64,000 nt of DNA from Oceanospirillaceae bacterium (GCA_018647765.1 JABGSN010000030.1:549-64548), one strand, 5' to 3'; shown: positions 19,385-28,629, counted from the stretch's first letter. Notes: generated from the letters alone by a model not told the origin. Numbers and translations: made by a program.

Positions 19385-20671
19385 TTAGCGTAAATCCTTA
19401 ACGCGTACGGCTTTGCCTTCTGAACGCGGTAAACTACCCGGTGCGCTAATGTTGATACGGCAACTGATACCGATAAAGGTTTTAATTTTGTTAACTAACT
19501 GCTTGACTACCTGACCTTGTTGCTTGGCATCAATGTGGCTATAGTCAGGATTCAGTTCAATGTTAACGGCAATGGCGTCCATGTTGCCGGCTCGAGTTAA
19601 ATCGATTTGATAATGCGGCGACAGCTCGGGCAGGGTGAGTGCTAACTCTTCAATTTGAGAGGGGAAGACGTTAACACCGCGAATAATCATCATGTCGTCA
19701 CTACGGCCGGTGATCTTGTCCATACGGCGCATTGGCCGTGCGGTGCCGGGTAACAGACGAGTTAAGTCGCGGGTGCGGTAACGAATCACCGGCATGGCCT
19801 GTTTGGTGAGGGTAGTGAATACCAGTTCGCCATATTCGCCGTCTGGTAATACTTCGCCAGTGGTTGGGTTGATGATCTCTGGGTAAAAGTGATCTTCCCA
19901 CAAGGTAGGGCCATCTTTAGTAGATAAACATTCCATGCCTACACCAGGCCCCATGACTTCTGACAAACCATAAATGTCGAGGGCATCAATCCCCATACGT
20001 TGCTCAATGGCGGTGCGCATGGTGTTGGTCCAAGGCTCGGCACCAAAGATGCCAAGGCGCAAGTTTAAACTGTGGGGATCAATACCCTGTTTTTCCATCT
20101 CGTCGGCTAGGTTAAGCATGTAAGACGGGGTGACCATGATAATGTTGGGGTTGAAATCTTTGATTAATTGCACTTGTTTTGCGGTTTGACCACCGGACAT
20201 AGGAATAACCGTACAACCTAGTTTTTCGGCACCATAATGTGCGCCTAGGCCACCGGTAAACAGGCCATAACCATAAGATACATGCACCATATCCTCGGCG
20301 GTACCGCCTGCTGCACGAATCGAACGGGCCATTACCGTGGCCCAAGTGTCAATGTCGTCTGCGGTATAACCTACTACCGTAGGTTTGCCGGTGGTGCCAC
20401 TGGATGCGTGCACGCGCACCACGTCTTTTTGTGGCACAGCGAACATATTGAATGGGTAGTTGTCCCGTAAGTCACTCTTAGTAGTGAACGGGAATTGGCT
20501 TAAGTCAGATAAATTGGTTAAGTCGCCCGGCGCAATGCCGGCGGCATCAAAGCTGTTTTTGTAATGCGGCACGTTGTCGTAGGCGTGTTGTAGGCTCCAG
20601 CGCATACGCTCAAGCTGTAACGCACGAAGTTCGTCAATGCTGGCTGATTCGATGGCTTCTAATTGACTCAT
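19385..20671 (-). CDS. paaK: Phenylacetate-CoA ligase
   Basis: HASSGTTGKPTVVGYT, GYGLFTGGLGAHYGAE, YGLSEVMGPG, IRGVNVFPSQIE. Confidence 0.97.
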   Translation of the reverse strand: MSQLEAIESASIDELRALQLERMRWSLQHAYDNVPHYKNSFDAAGIAPGDLTNLSDLSQFPFTTKSDLRDNYPFNMFAVPQKDVVRVHASSGTTGKPTVVGYTADDIDTWATVMARSIRAAGGTAEDMVHVSYGYGLFTGGLGAHYGAEKLGCTVIPMSGGQTAKQVQLIKDFNPNIIMVTPSYMLNLADEMEKQGIDPHSLNLRLGIFGAEPWTNTMRTAIEQRMGIDALDIYGLSEVMGPGVGMECLSTKDGPTLWEDHFYPEIINPTTGEVLPDGEYGELVFTTLTKQAMPVIRYRTRDLTRLLPGTARPMRRMDKITGRSDDMMIIRGVNVFPSQIEELALTLPELSPHYQIDLTRAGNMDAIAVNIELNPDYSHIDAKQQGQVVKQLVNKIKTFIGISCRINISAPGSLPRSEGKAVRVKDLR

Positions 20672-20672
20672 T

Positions 20673-21122
20673 CTATGCTCCTGAGGCTAGGGTGGTGGGG
20701 TCGATAATATGGCTGCCTACTTGGTGGGCGCGGCCACGAAATTGGGCAATGGTTTGGCGATCTGAGTTAGTGATTTCTACGTCGTAGAGACCAGTTCGTC
20801 TGCCACGCGACAAACGTTTTGCAGTGGCCGTGAGTAAGTCGTCGGCCTTGGCCGGACGTATAAAGTCGATGCTGCAGCCCGAGGCTACCGTGGGGCGATT
20901 GTCGCTATTACAAGCAAACGCAAAGGCAGAATCGGCCATGGCAAACAAAAAGCCACCGTGGCACGTGCCGTGGCCGTTGAGCATAAACTGTTTAACGCTC
21001 ATGGTAATGCAGGCGTGGCCTTCATCGACCTGTTGCATTTCTATGCCTAGGTGTTGGCTGGCATGGTCGTTTTGCCATAGCTGTTGATAACAGGCTTGGG
21101 CTAGCGCTTTAGACTCACTCAT
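20673..21122 (-). CDS. paaI: Hydroxyphenylacetyl-CoA thioesterase
   Basis: MLNGHGTCHGG..FAMADSAFAFACNS hotdog fold. Confidence 0.95.
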   Translation of the reverse strand: MSESKALAQACYQQLWQNDHASQHLGIEMQQVDEGHACITMSVKQFMLNGHGTCHGGFLFAMADSAFAFACNSDNRPTVASGCSIDFIRPAKADDLLTATAKRLSRGRRTGLYDVEITNSDRQTIAQFRGRAHQVGSHIIDPTTLASGA

Positions 21123-21130
21123 GGTTGCTC

Positions 21131-21919
21131 CTATCGGCCTGTGTAGGCAGGCGTTTGTTTGTTCATAAACGCCTGTACACCTATTTGGTAGTCTTCGCTT
21201 TGGCCGGCTTTACGCTGTAATTGGCTTTCTAGGTCTAACTGGGTATCAAGGTCGTTGCTGAAGCTGGCATTGAGGCTTTGTTTGATCAAACCCAAACCGT
21301 GAGTGGGTTGGGTGGCCAAGTGTTGGGCCAGTTTCAGGCAATGAGGCATGAGCTCATCGTCGGCTTTTACGTCCCAGATAAGACCCATTTTTTCGGCTTG
21401 TGTCGCACTGAGCTTGTCGCCCAATAGAGCTAGCCCTTTGGCTTTGGCTAAACCCACTAAACGCGGTAGCACCCAGGTGCCTCCGGCATCGGGGATTAAA
21501 CCTAAACGGCAAAAGGCCTGAATGAAGCTGGCACTATGAGCAGCAATGACGATGTCGCAGGCCAAGGCGATGTTAGCGCCAGCCCCCGCGGCTACACCGT
21601 TAACGGCGCAGATGATCGGCATCGGAAGGTCGCGCAGGCTTTTAATAAGCGGGTTATAGTAGGTGTTAAGAGTAACGCCCAAGTCGGGGGCTTGTTGGCC
21701 ATCGTCGAAATTACGGTCGCCTAGGTCTTGGCCAGCACAAAAACCGCGGCCAGAACCTGTGATCAATACACAACGCACACTCGGGTCGGCTTTGACGCTC
21801 GCCATGGCTTGTTGGAGTTGCTGGTGCATGTCCACATTAAAGCTGTTGAGGCTTTTAGGACGATTAAGGGTAATGGTGGCGACGCCTTCATTGATGCTTA
21901 ATAAAATTGAATCTGACAT
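21131..21919 (-). CDS. paaG: Ring 1,2-epoxyphenylacetyl-CoA isomerase
   Basis: GRGFCAGQDL, NGVAAGAGANIALACD, GLIPDAGGTW.LPRLVG; start refined to 21919. Confidence 0.92.
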   Translation of the reverse strand: MSDSILLSINEGVATITLNRPKSLNSFNVDMHQQLQQAMASVKADPSVRCVLITGSGRGFCAGQDLGDRNFDDGQQAPDLGVTLNTYYNPLIKSLRDLPMPIICAVNGVAAGAGANIALACDIVIAAHSASFIQAFCRLGLIPDAGGTWVLPRLVGLAKAKGLALLGDKLSATQAEKMGLIWDVKADDELMPHCLKLAQHLATQPTHGLGLIKQSLNASFSNDLDTQLDLESQLQRKAGQSEDYQIGVQAFMNKQTPAYTGR

Positions 21920-21974
21920 TTTTAGGTCTCTTTTAAATGACATGGATCAATGATAATCTAGCCACACAACAAAA

Positions 21975-22013
21975 AGATACAAAAAAAAGAAAATTAATTG
22001 ATTTTTTGTATCT
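21975..22013. promoter_or_regulatory. PaaX-type operator in the divergent paaG/paaY promoter
   Basis: AGATACAAAAAA...TTTTTTGTATCT; core GATACA-N25-TGTATC with an A-run in the spacer. Confidence 0.7.
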
Positions 22014-22065
22014 CTTTATGGTTATGCGCTACAAAACACCTACAATTAACTAAGGAAATTGACTC

Positions 22066-22665
22066 ATGCCCTGTTATCAAATGGACGGTATCACCCCCGT
22101 AGTAGATCCCACAAGTTATGTGCACCCCACTGCCGTAATTATTGGCGACGTAATTATTGGCGCCAATTGCTACATTGGCCCCGCAGCTTGTTTGCGTGGT
22201 GATTTTGGCAGGCTGGTGCTAGAACAAGGGGTTAACGTGCAAGATACCTGTGTGATGCATGGTTTTCCGGGTTCTGACACGGTTATCGAAGTAGACGGCC
22301 ACATTGGCCACGGTGCGGTAGTGCATGGCGCCCACATTGGTCGTAACGCCTTAGTAGGTATGAACGCCGTGGTGATGGACGGTGCTCAAATAGGCGCCGA
22401 ATCCATTGTCGCGGCCTGCGCTTTTGTCAAAGCCGGTTTTGAGTGTGGCGAACGCAGTATGGTGGTGGGAATGCCTGCGAAGGTATTGCGGCAGGTGACC
22501 GATACCGAACTGGAGTGGAAACATAAGGGCACGCTAGATTATCAAGACCTAGCCGTACGCTGCCAGCAGACGCTGCGTGAATGTGAACCCTTAGCGCAAG
22601 TAGAAGACAACCGCCAACGTATGCAACCGGCACGCTCAACACCCTTGTTTCAAAGCAAAGGTTAG
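22066..22665 (+). CDS. paaY: Phenylacetate degradation protein PaaY (gamma-carbonic-anhydrase-like hexapeptide repeat)
   Basis: [43 protein letters not shown]. Confidence 0.95.
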   Translation: MPCYQMDGITPVVDPTSYVHPTAVIIGDVIIGANCYIGPAACLRGDFGRLVLEQGVNVQDTCVMHGFPGSDTVIEVDGHIGHGAVVHGAHIGRNALVGMNAVVMDGAQIGAESIVAACAFVKAGFECGERSMVVGMPAKVLRQVTDTELEWKHKGTLDYQDLAVRCQQTLRECEPLAQVEDNRQRMQPARSTPLFQSKG

Positions 22666-22672
22666 TGGGGTG

Positions 22673-23587
22673 TTAGGCTAAACCACCAAAACGTTGGTAG
22701 AAATGATCACTAGCCTTTGGTATCTCGCCGGCGGCAGTTTCAAAGGCACTGGAAATATAGATTTCGGCTGCGGCCCATAGTTGCTGGTATAGATCTTGGG
22801 CCAACTGCCTTGCATCGTGGCCGGGCCAGTTTGGGCTGACCAGCTCGTCCGGCAACAGTGGGTCACGCAGGAGAATACGACGGTAATCGTGAATCAACAA
22901 AGTGCGGGCCATAAAGGCCTCTTCTGGGCTTAAAGCCTGTTGTTTGGTGGCCGCCAATAATGGCGTAAATAGGCTTAAAAACTCTTGATAGCTGTGGCTT
23001 AAGGCTGAAAAATCCCAATAACTACGCACCTGCTCGGTGGTAGAAACACTCAGCGGGTTGGCAGGTACTGCTTGGTCCAATACCAATACTTTACCGGTTA
23101 ATTTTAGCTCTTCTAACAAGGCGTCTAAATCGTCGTGCTCTGCCGTAGGGTGGAGCATGGTTTGTGGGCATGCTTGGCCATAACCTAACCACTGCAGGCC
23201 TTGTTTGAGCTGTTTGCGTTCGTCGTTTTCTAGTTGCCCCAGCAGTACCAAGGTCCAAGTGCCATCCCAAGGTGGGCTTTGATGGGCATAAATAACCTTA
23301 AACGCCTGCTTAAAGTGGCGTTGGCCAAAATCGGTTACCTCGTAATAGCTGCGTCGACCAACAGGGTTGGCAGTAAGCCAGTGGTCTTGCGTAAGGCGAA
23401 AGACCGCCGTACGGGTTAACCGCGGGTTTAATCCAAACGGCTCCAGCGCTTTAATTAGACTACCTAACCACACTTCACCGCCATGGGGCACTATGGCGTC
23501 ACCCAGCACAGTGGTAATGAGCGAACCTGCCCGAATGGGCCGACGGTTTTGGAAGTGTTGCAGAATGTGTGCGAGAGAGGGGAGCAT
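22673..23587 (-). CDS. paaX: Phenylacetate catabolism repressor
   Basis: RAGSLITTVLGDAIVPHGGEVWLGSLI, RTAVFRL, LIHDYRRILLRDPLLPDEL...WPG. Confidence 0.95.
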   Translation of the reverse strand: MLPSLAHILQHFQNRRPIRAGSLITTVLGDAIVPHGGEVWLGSLIKALEPFGLNPRLTRTAVFRLTQDHWLTANPVGRRSYYEVTDFGQRHFKQAFKVIYAHQSPPWDGTWTLVLLGQLENDERKQLKQGLQWLGYGQACPQTMLHPTAEHDDLDALLEELKLTGKVLVLDQAVPANPLSVSTTEQVRSYWDFSALSHSYQEFLSLFTPLLAATKQQALSPEEAFMARTLLIHDYRRILLRDPLLPDELVSPNWPGHDARQLAQDLYQQLWAAAEIYISSAFETAAGEIPKASDHFYQRFGGLA

Positions 23588-23669
23588 AAGTTGGGGTTGT
23601 TGTAAGGGTTTGTAGGTCGTATGGATTCATTATCCATGAGCTACGCAGAAATGTCGATCCACGACTTTT

Positions 23670-23718
23670 GTCTTTGTGAGCGCCCTTTCTCGTCTTTGCG
23701 AGTGCAGCGAAGCAATAC
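23670..23718. repeat. REP-like element, truncated left arms, copy E
   Basis: GTCTTTGTGAGCG followed by CGTCTTTGCGAGTGCAGCGAAGCAATAC. Confidence 0.75.
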
Positions 23719-24121
23719 ACCCCTAATGCCATCCACCCACCCATATTCGAAAACTGTATAACCCATAATAATTCATAATATACATTTAATAGCATTTTTA
23801 TCAATAACGTGTATTATAATAACCACCAACCCACCGCCATGAGTTGGTAACTAACAAAACACTGCAAAACGGAATTGCAATTATGAGACACGAAGGATCA
23901 ACCAAATGCGCTTAGCTTTGGGTCTACCGACTTCTCCACGCCTCCCATGACCTTTTCCAACATTGTGTTTACCCACAAGGATGCGGGTATGAAGTGCGGG
24001 TTAACGACAACTCGCCACTAAGGCAGTGTTTTGCCAGCACGGATGCTGGTGTAAAAGTGCGGGGCAGGATGCCCCGCCATCTTTCCTTTTGTTCTTCGCC
24101 ATTACGTAGAGGCTGCTATCA

Positions 24122-24379
24122 ATGGAAAGTCACGACCAAAAGCACTACCCACACGAGGTCCAGAAAATGGAAACGTTCACTCAACGCAATCAAAACATTA
24201 GACTTAAGCACGGAATGCAGCAAGGAGAGGCTGCCATATTAACTCGGCTAATGAAATCAACTTTTGGTGGGATTTCCGAATTCATGGAAGCCAAAATCGA
24301 TAAGGCAGACTGCGATACGCTACTTTTGTGGAGTGACCGCATATTGACCGCCAACTCCCCCAAAGAGGTGTGCCACTAA
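24122..24379 (+). CDS. DUF4351-like C-terminal module of an Rpn/YhgA-like protein, standalone or relic
   Basis: YPHEVQKMETFTQR...GMQQGEAAILTRLMKSTFG...DCDTLLLWSDRILTANSPKEV; no PD-(D/E)XK N-terminal domain recognised upstream. Confidence 0.65.
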   Translation: MESHDQKHYPHEVQKMETFTQRNQNIRLKHGMQQGEAAILTRLMKSTFGGISEFMEAKIDKADCDTLLLWSDRILTANSPKEVCH

Positions 24380-24394
24380 CCGAGCGCTCTTTTC

Positions 24395-24471
24395 CGTCTT
24401 TGCGAACGAAGTGAAGTAATCCAAGCCCGCGGTTTGTGGATTACCGCGTCGCTGTGCTCCTCGCAAAGACG
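24395..24471. repeat. REP-like element, complete hairpin form, copy F
   Basis: CGTCTTTGCGAACGAAGTGAAGTAATCCA-agcccgcggtttg-TGGATTACCGCGTCGCTGTGCTCCTCGCAAAGACG with a compensatory TAATCC/GGATTA change. Confidence 0.88.
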
Positions 24472-24485
24472 AGGGTTTTGTGGAA

Positions 24486-24502
24486 TTGGCACAGTGATTG
24501 CA
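24486..24502 (+). promoter_or_regulatory. Sigma-54 (-24/-12) promoter of flgI
   Basis: TTGGCACAGTGATTGCA = TGGCAC-N5-TTGC, GG-N10-GC, about 27 bp upstream of the flgI ATG. Confidence 0.8.
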
Positions 24503-24528
24503 TTACCTACGGCAAGAGGGAGATATTC

Positions 24529-25665
24529 ATGAGATTTTGCCGTATTTTTGCCGTTTTAGCTGCTGTTTTGGCTGCTAATGTGGCCATTTTTGCCCACGCT
24601 GATCGTGTTAAGGATCTGGCGGAAGTGGCCGGTGTGCGTGACAATCAGCTGATTGGCTATGGTTTGGTGGTGGGCCTTAATGGTACCGGTGACGGCAAAA
24701 TGTCATTTACCAGCCAAAGTATGACGTCGATGTTGGCGCGCTTTGGGGTCAACCTGAGCGACACCCTGTCTAACTATGATGGTACCACTACCCGTAACGC
24801 ATTAGAGCTTAAAAATGTGGCTGCGGTCATGATTACCGCCAATTTACCCGCCTTTACTAAGCCTGGGCAACGTATTGATGTGACCGTATCCACCATTGGT
24901 GCTGCTACCAGCTTGCGCGGCGGCAGTTTGATTATGTCTCGGCTTTTGGGCGTAGATGGTGAAGTGTATGCCTTGGCTCAAGGGGCTTTGGCAGTGAGCG
25001 GTGCTTCGGCCGGCGGCGCGGGTACAACGGCCACTGTCAATGTTCCGACAGTGGGGCGCGTGCCGTCGGGTGCAACGGTAGAAAAAATGGTGCAAACGCC
25101 ATTTTCTACCAGTGAATACTTGGTGCTAAACCTTAAAAACTCGGATTTCACCACCAACCGTCGTTTGGCCAACGCCATTAACGACACCTTTGGTTTAGGT
25201 ACAGCGGAAGCCTTGGATGCCGTATCGACCCGTATTTTAGCCCCCGCAGACACTACCCAGCGGGTGGCCTTTGTATCCATGATAGAAAACCTAGAAGTAG
25301 AGCCCGCCGCGCCGCCAGCCCGTGTGGTGGTTAACTCTCGCACCGGTACTGTGGTGATTAGCCGCAACGTTAAAGTGGATGCCGCAGCCGTAACCCACGG
25401 TGGCATTACCGTCACGGTAAAAACCAATAACGAAGTGAGTCAGGCTAATGCCTTGGCACAAAACGGTGAAACTCTGCCGGTAGCCAATGCAGATGTTGCC
25501 ATTGATGAAGCCACCAATAATATGTTTTTGTTTACTCCAGGTATAGAGCTACAAGACATCGTGGATGCCGTTAACGCCGTGGGCGCTACGCCCAGTGCAT
25601 TGGTGTCTATATTACAAGCATTAAAACAAAGCGGCAGTTTACGTGCCGATTTAATTGTTATTTAA
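24529..25665 (+). CDS. flgI: Flagellar P-ring protein
   Basis: GVRDNQLIGYGLVVGLNGTGD, NVAAVMITANLP, SLRGGSL, ALKQSGSLRADLIVI; signal peptide; start refined to 24529. Confidence 0.97.
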   Translation: MRFCRIFAVLAAVLAANVAIFAHADRVKDLAEVAGVRDNQLIGYGLVVGLNGTGDGKMSFTSQSMTSMLARFGVNLSDTLSNYDGTTTRNALELKNVAAVMITANLPAFTKPGQRIDVTVSTIGAATSLRGGSLIMSRLLGVDGEVYALAQGALAVSGASAGGAGTTATVNVPTVGRVPSGATVEKMVQTPFSTSEYLVLNLKNSDFTTNRRLANAINDTFGLGTAEALDAVSTRILAPADTTQRVAFVSMIENLEVEPAAPPARVVVNSRTGTVVISRNVKVDAAAVTHGGITVTVKTNNEVSQANALAQNGETLPVANADVAIDEATNNMFLFTPGIELQDIVDAVNAVGATPSALVSILQALKQSGSLRADLIVI

Positions 25666-25689
25666 GTCCACCGTAAACCAAGGAATACC

Positions 25690-26202
25690 ATGAGCGTAAA
25701 TACCACACAGCACGCCAGCAACTACAACGACTTTAGCGGTTTGGCAAAATTGCGTAGCCAAGCGCAACACGACCAACAAGCGGCTATAGAAGAAACAGCA
25801 CAGCAGTTTGAAGCGCTGTTTATTCAGATGATGTTGGCAGAAATGCGTAAGTCTATTCCTAAAGAAGGCATGTTTGACTCGCAAGCGGTGCAAACCTACC
25901 AAGATATGGCCGACAAACAAGTGGCGCTGGATATGGCCAAGCGTGGTGATTTTGGTATTGCTAACGTGATTAAAGAACAGTTTGCCAGGCATGGCATGGC
26001 GATGCCTGCAGCGGATTTACTGAAGTTGCGAGAAGAAGGTAAAGCCTTTGACATTCAGGCTATGTTTTCTGGCATGTCTATTGCAAGTGATAAAGATAAT
26101 GCTAATAACGGGATGCAATTGCTGGATTTCCGCCACTCATCCTACGACATAGAGCGGCAAGATCCTGCCGCCCTGATGTTTAACTTAAATAAATACAAGT
26201 AG
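25690..26202 (+). CDS. flgJ: Flagellar rod-assembly protein FlgJ, rod-binding domain only (no muramidase)
   Basis: AQQFEALFIQMMLAEMRKS, YQDMADKQVA; 170 aa with no glucosaminidase motifs. Confidence 0.85.
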   Translation: MSVNTTQHASNYNDFSGLAKLRSQAQHDQQAAIEETAQQFEALFIQMMLAEMRKSIPKEGMFDSQAVQTYQDMADKQVALDMAKRGDFGIANVIKEQFARHGMAMPAADLLKLREEGKAFDIQAMFSGMSIASDKDNANNGMQLLDFRHSSYDIERQDPAALMFNLNKYK

Positions 26203-26237
26203 TTGTAAATAACACAAATAGTATAGGACGTTAAAAC

Positions 26238-28607
26238 ATGGCCGACTTATTATCAACAGGTATCTCTGGAGTGCGCACTTATCAGCGTGCTTTAGCGACT
26301 GTGGGTAATAACATTGCCAACGTGGATACCGAAGGCTACAACCGCCAGCGCTTAGAAGTGGTAGAGAATTCCTCTTCTGGCGGTGGTTCCCTACATATTG
26401 GCAATGGCGCGCGTGCCATACGTGTGCAGCGTACTTACGATAATTTTGTAGTGGAAAGTTTAAGAACCAGCCAATCGCAATTGTCTAAACATGAAGCCAC
26501 CTTGGGATACGTGACGCAGTTAGAAAATATTTTGGCCGACAAACGGCTGAGCTTGTCTACGTCTATGGATGGTTTTTTTGCGGCTGTGCAGGAAGTGAGT
26601 ATTTCGCCTTCATCTGTGGCCGCTCGTCAAAATTTACTTAATGTAGCCGAGGCCACTGTGGCCCAGTTTGCTTCTATTGGTGGACAGCTCAAACGTGTGG
26701 AACAAGATTCTTACGTGGACATGAAGTCTCAAGTCGAGCAAATGACGCAATATGCTCAGCAATTATCCAGCATCAACGCCTCCTTAGGCCGCACCAATAG
26801 TTTGGATAAACAGCCCAACGAATTATTGGACCGCAGAGATTCACTTATTCAAGACATGTCTAAGGTGCTACGCATTAAAACCGTAGAAAAGCCCAACGGT
26901 GTAGTTGATATCCACATAGGCGATGTGGCGTCGGGGCAGTATTTGGTGCGTGGTAATGAAGCCAGTACATTGGGAGTGCAGCGCAGTACCAGTAACCCAG
27001 AACAATCCATGCTAGTGCTAGACCCCCATATGAGCCCGCAAACGGTTACCCAGCTTGTGGGAGGCAGTGTGGCCGGTATTAGTGATTTCAGGGATCACTC
27101 GTTAACCACGTTGCGCAATGAATTAGACACCTTAACTCAGGTGTTTGTGGGTGAAGTAAACGCTGTACATGCCTTGGGTATTAATGCACATGGCAACTTT
27201 GGTGGAGAACTGTTTTCTTTAGGTAATATCTATTCGGTGACGCCGGGCCTAAACCAAGGCACTGGTTTTGTTACGGTGAGTGCTGTACCAGATGCTAGTG
27301 TAGAGCGGCTTACTATGGAGCTCACGTATTCGGGTTCGACCAAGTTGTGGACCTTAACCGACACCAATGGTACCGCTAGTGTCGCTGGAACTACCGAGCT
27401 CTCTTTGGGTGGCATTAACGTTACTTTGGCGGGAGCGCCGAAAGACGGAGACACCTTTAGTTTAAAATCTAATAAGCGCCCAATTGATGCGTTAGAACTT
27501 GCGATTAAAGACCATTCTAACATTGCTGCTGGTGGTGCAGTATCTGTGGCTCGGGCTAGCTCTAATTCCAGCGCTACCAAGATAGTGCTCAATAGTTATG
27601 GCAAAACTACGCCAGCTTCGAGCGATACGAGTATGGATAGCTTGCTTAGAAATAATATTTCTGAAGTGGCCGCATCCACGGTGATCGCTAGTAATAACCA
27701 AGCCTTTGTGATCCCTGCTCACACCCAAAACGCACAATTTTATAGCGCCGCAGACAGTGGCTCCTCTAGTATTCAAATGCAGGTGTTTACCCGAGAAGGG
27801 AAACAAATTTTTGGCAGTGCGTTAAGCAGCACCGAACAAAATGAACTGTTCACTCTTGCCAATGGCTTTGCCAGCACGGTCGCCTACGACGTCACCTACA
27901 ACAACCAGACAGGTAGTAGTGCCTATATGGATGCGGACCTTACTTTAACCAGCCCAACAGCGGGTGACACTAGAGATTATTTTGCTATTAATGGCAGCAT
28001 GAATGAAGACTTGTTGGTGTTTGTTACGGGCACGGGTAGCGCAGAAGTTAGTGGTCAATGGGGTGGCGTGGCCACCGTAGACAGCCGTGATCAATTACGC
28101 CAAAACTTAGATATTGTTTTTGCAGTAGACGCAACCAGCTACACCTTAGTCGACACAAGCACGCAAACTAATATAGCCAATGGCACTTACGTTGCAGGTG
28201 GTACCATTGAACACAACGGCTGGAATGTTTCTTTTAGTGGCGTGGTTCAGGCTAACGATCAATACGCCGTACGAGGTAATCGTTATTTAGCGGGAGACAA
28301 CCGAAATTTGCTCAATATGATTGGGCTACAGAGCAATAAAGATATTTTTAGTGGCCGTGGCGACTTTACAGAAGTGTACACTGACGTGATTGGCAATTTG
28401 GGCAATACCGTTGTGCAGGCCGCGGTGAGCCGAGATGCCCAACAAATTATTGTAGATCAGGCGCAACAAAAACGTGACGAAACGTCGGCTGTAAGCCTGG
28501 ACGAAGAAGCTGCCAATTTACTGAGATTTCAGCAGGCCTACCAAGCCTCTGCACAAGTGATAAGTACCGCTAATAAACTCTTCGACACCATTTTAGGGAT
28601 ACGTTAG
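26238..28607 (+). CDS. flgK: Flagellar hook-associated protein 1 (long form)
   Basis: ALATVGNNIANVDTEGYNRQ, PNELLDRRD, AVSLDEEAANLLRFQQAYQASAQVI. Confidence 0.95.
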   Translation: MADLLSTGISGVRTYQRALATVGNNIANVDTEGYNRQRLEVVENSSSGGGSLHIGNGARAIRVQRTYDNFVVESLRTSQSQLSKHEATLGYVTQLENILADKRLSLSTSMDGFFAAVQEVSISPSSVAARQNLLNVAEATVAQFASIGGQLKRVEQDSYVDMKSQVEQMTQYAQQLSSINASLGRTNSLDKQPNELLDRRDSLIQDMSKVLRIKTVEKPNGVVDIHIGDVASGQYLVRGNEASTLGVQRSTSNPEQSMLVLDPHMSPQTVTQLVGGSVAGISDFRDHSLTTLRNELDTLTQVFVGEVNAVHALGINAHGNFGGELFSLGNIYSVTPGLNQGTGFVTVSAVPDASVERLTMELTYSGSTKLWTLTDTNGTASVAGTTELSLGGINVTLAGAPKDGDTFSLKSNKRPIDALELAIKDHSNIAAGGAVSVARASSNSSATKIVLNSYGKTTPASSDTSMDSLLRNNISEVAASTVIASNNQAFVIPAHTQNAQFYSAADSGSSSIQMQVFTREGKQIFGSALSSTEQNELFTLANGFASTVAYDVTYNNQTGSSAYMDADLTLTSPTAGDTRDYFAINGSMNEDLLVFVTGTGSAEVSGQWGGVATVDSRDQLRQNLDIVFAVDATSYTLVDTSTQTNIANGTYVAGGTIEHNGWNVSFSGVVQANDQYAVRGNRYLAGDNRNLLNMIGLQSNKDIFSGRGDFTEVYTDVIGNLGNTVVQAAVSRDAQQIIVDQAQQKRDETSAVSLDEEAANLLRFQQAYQASAQVISTANKLFDTILGIR

Positions 28608-28629
28608 CCATGCTACATGAGGAATACAC

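Noticed and set aside
23994-24242. 82-aa ORF overlapping the DUF4351-like ORF
   Set aside because: No recognisable family features; I could not link it to an Rpn nuclease domain.
24436-24528. N-terminal extension of FlgI given in the ORF track
   Set aside because: It runs through REP copy F and the sigma-54 promoter; ATG 24529 has an RBS and begins a signal peptide.
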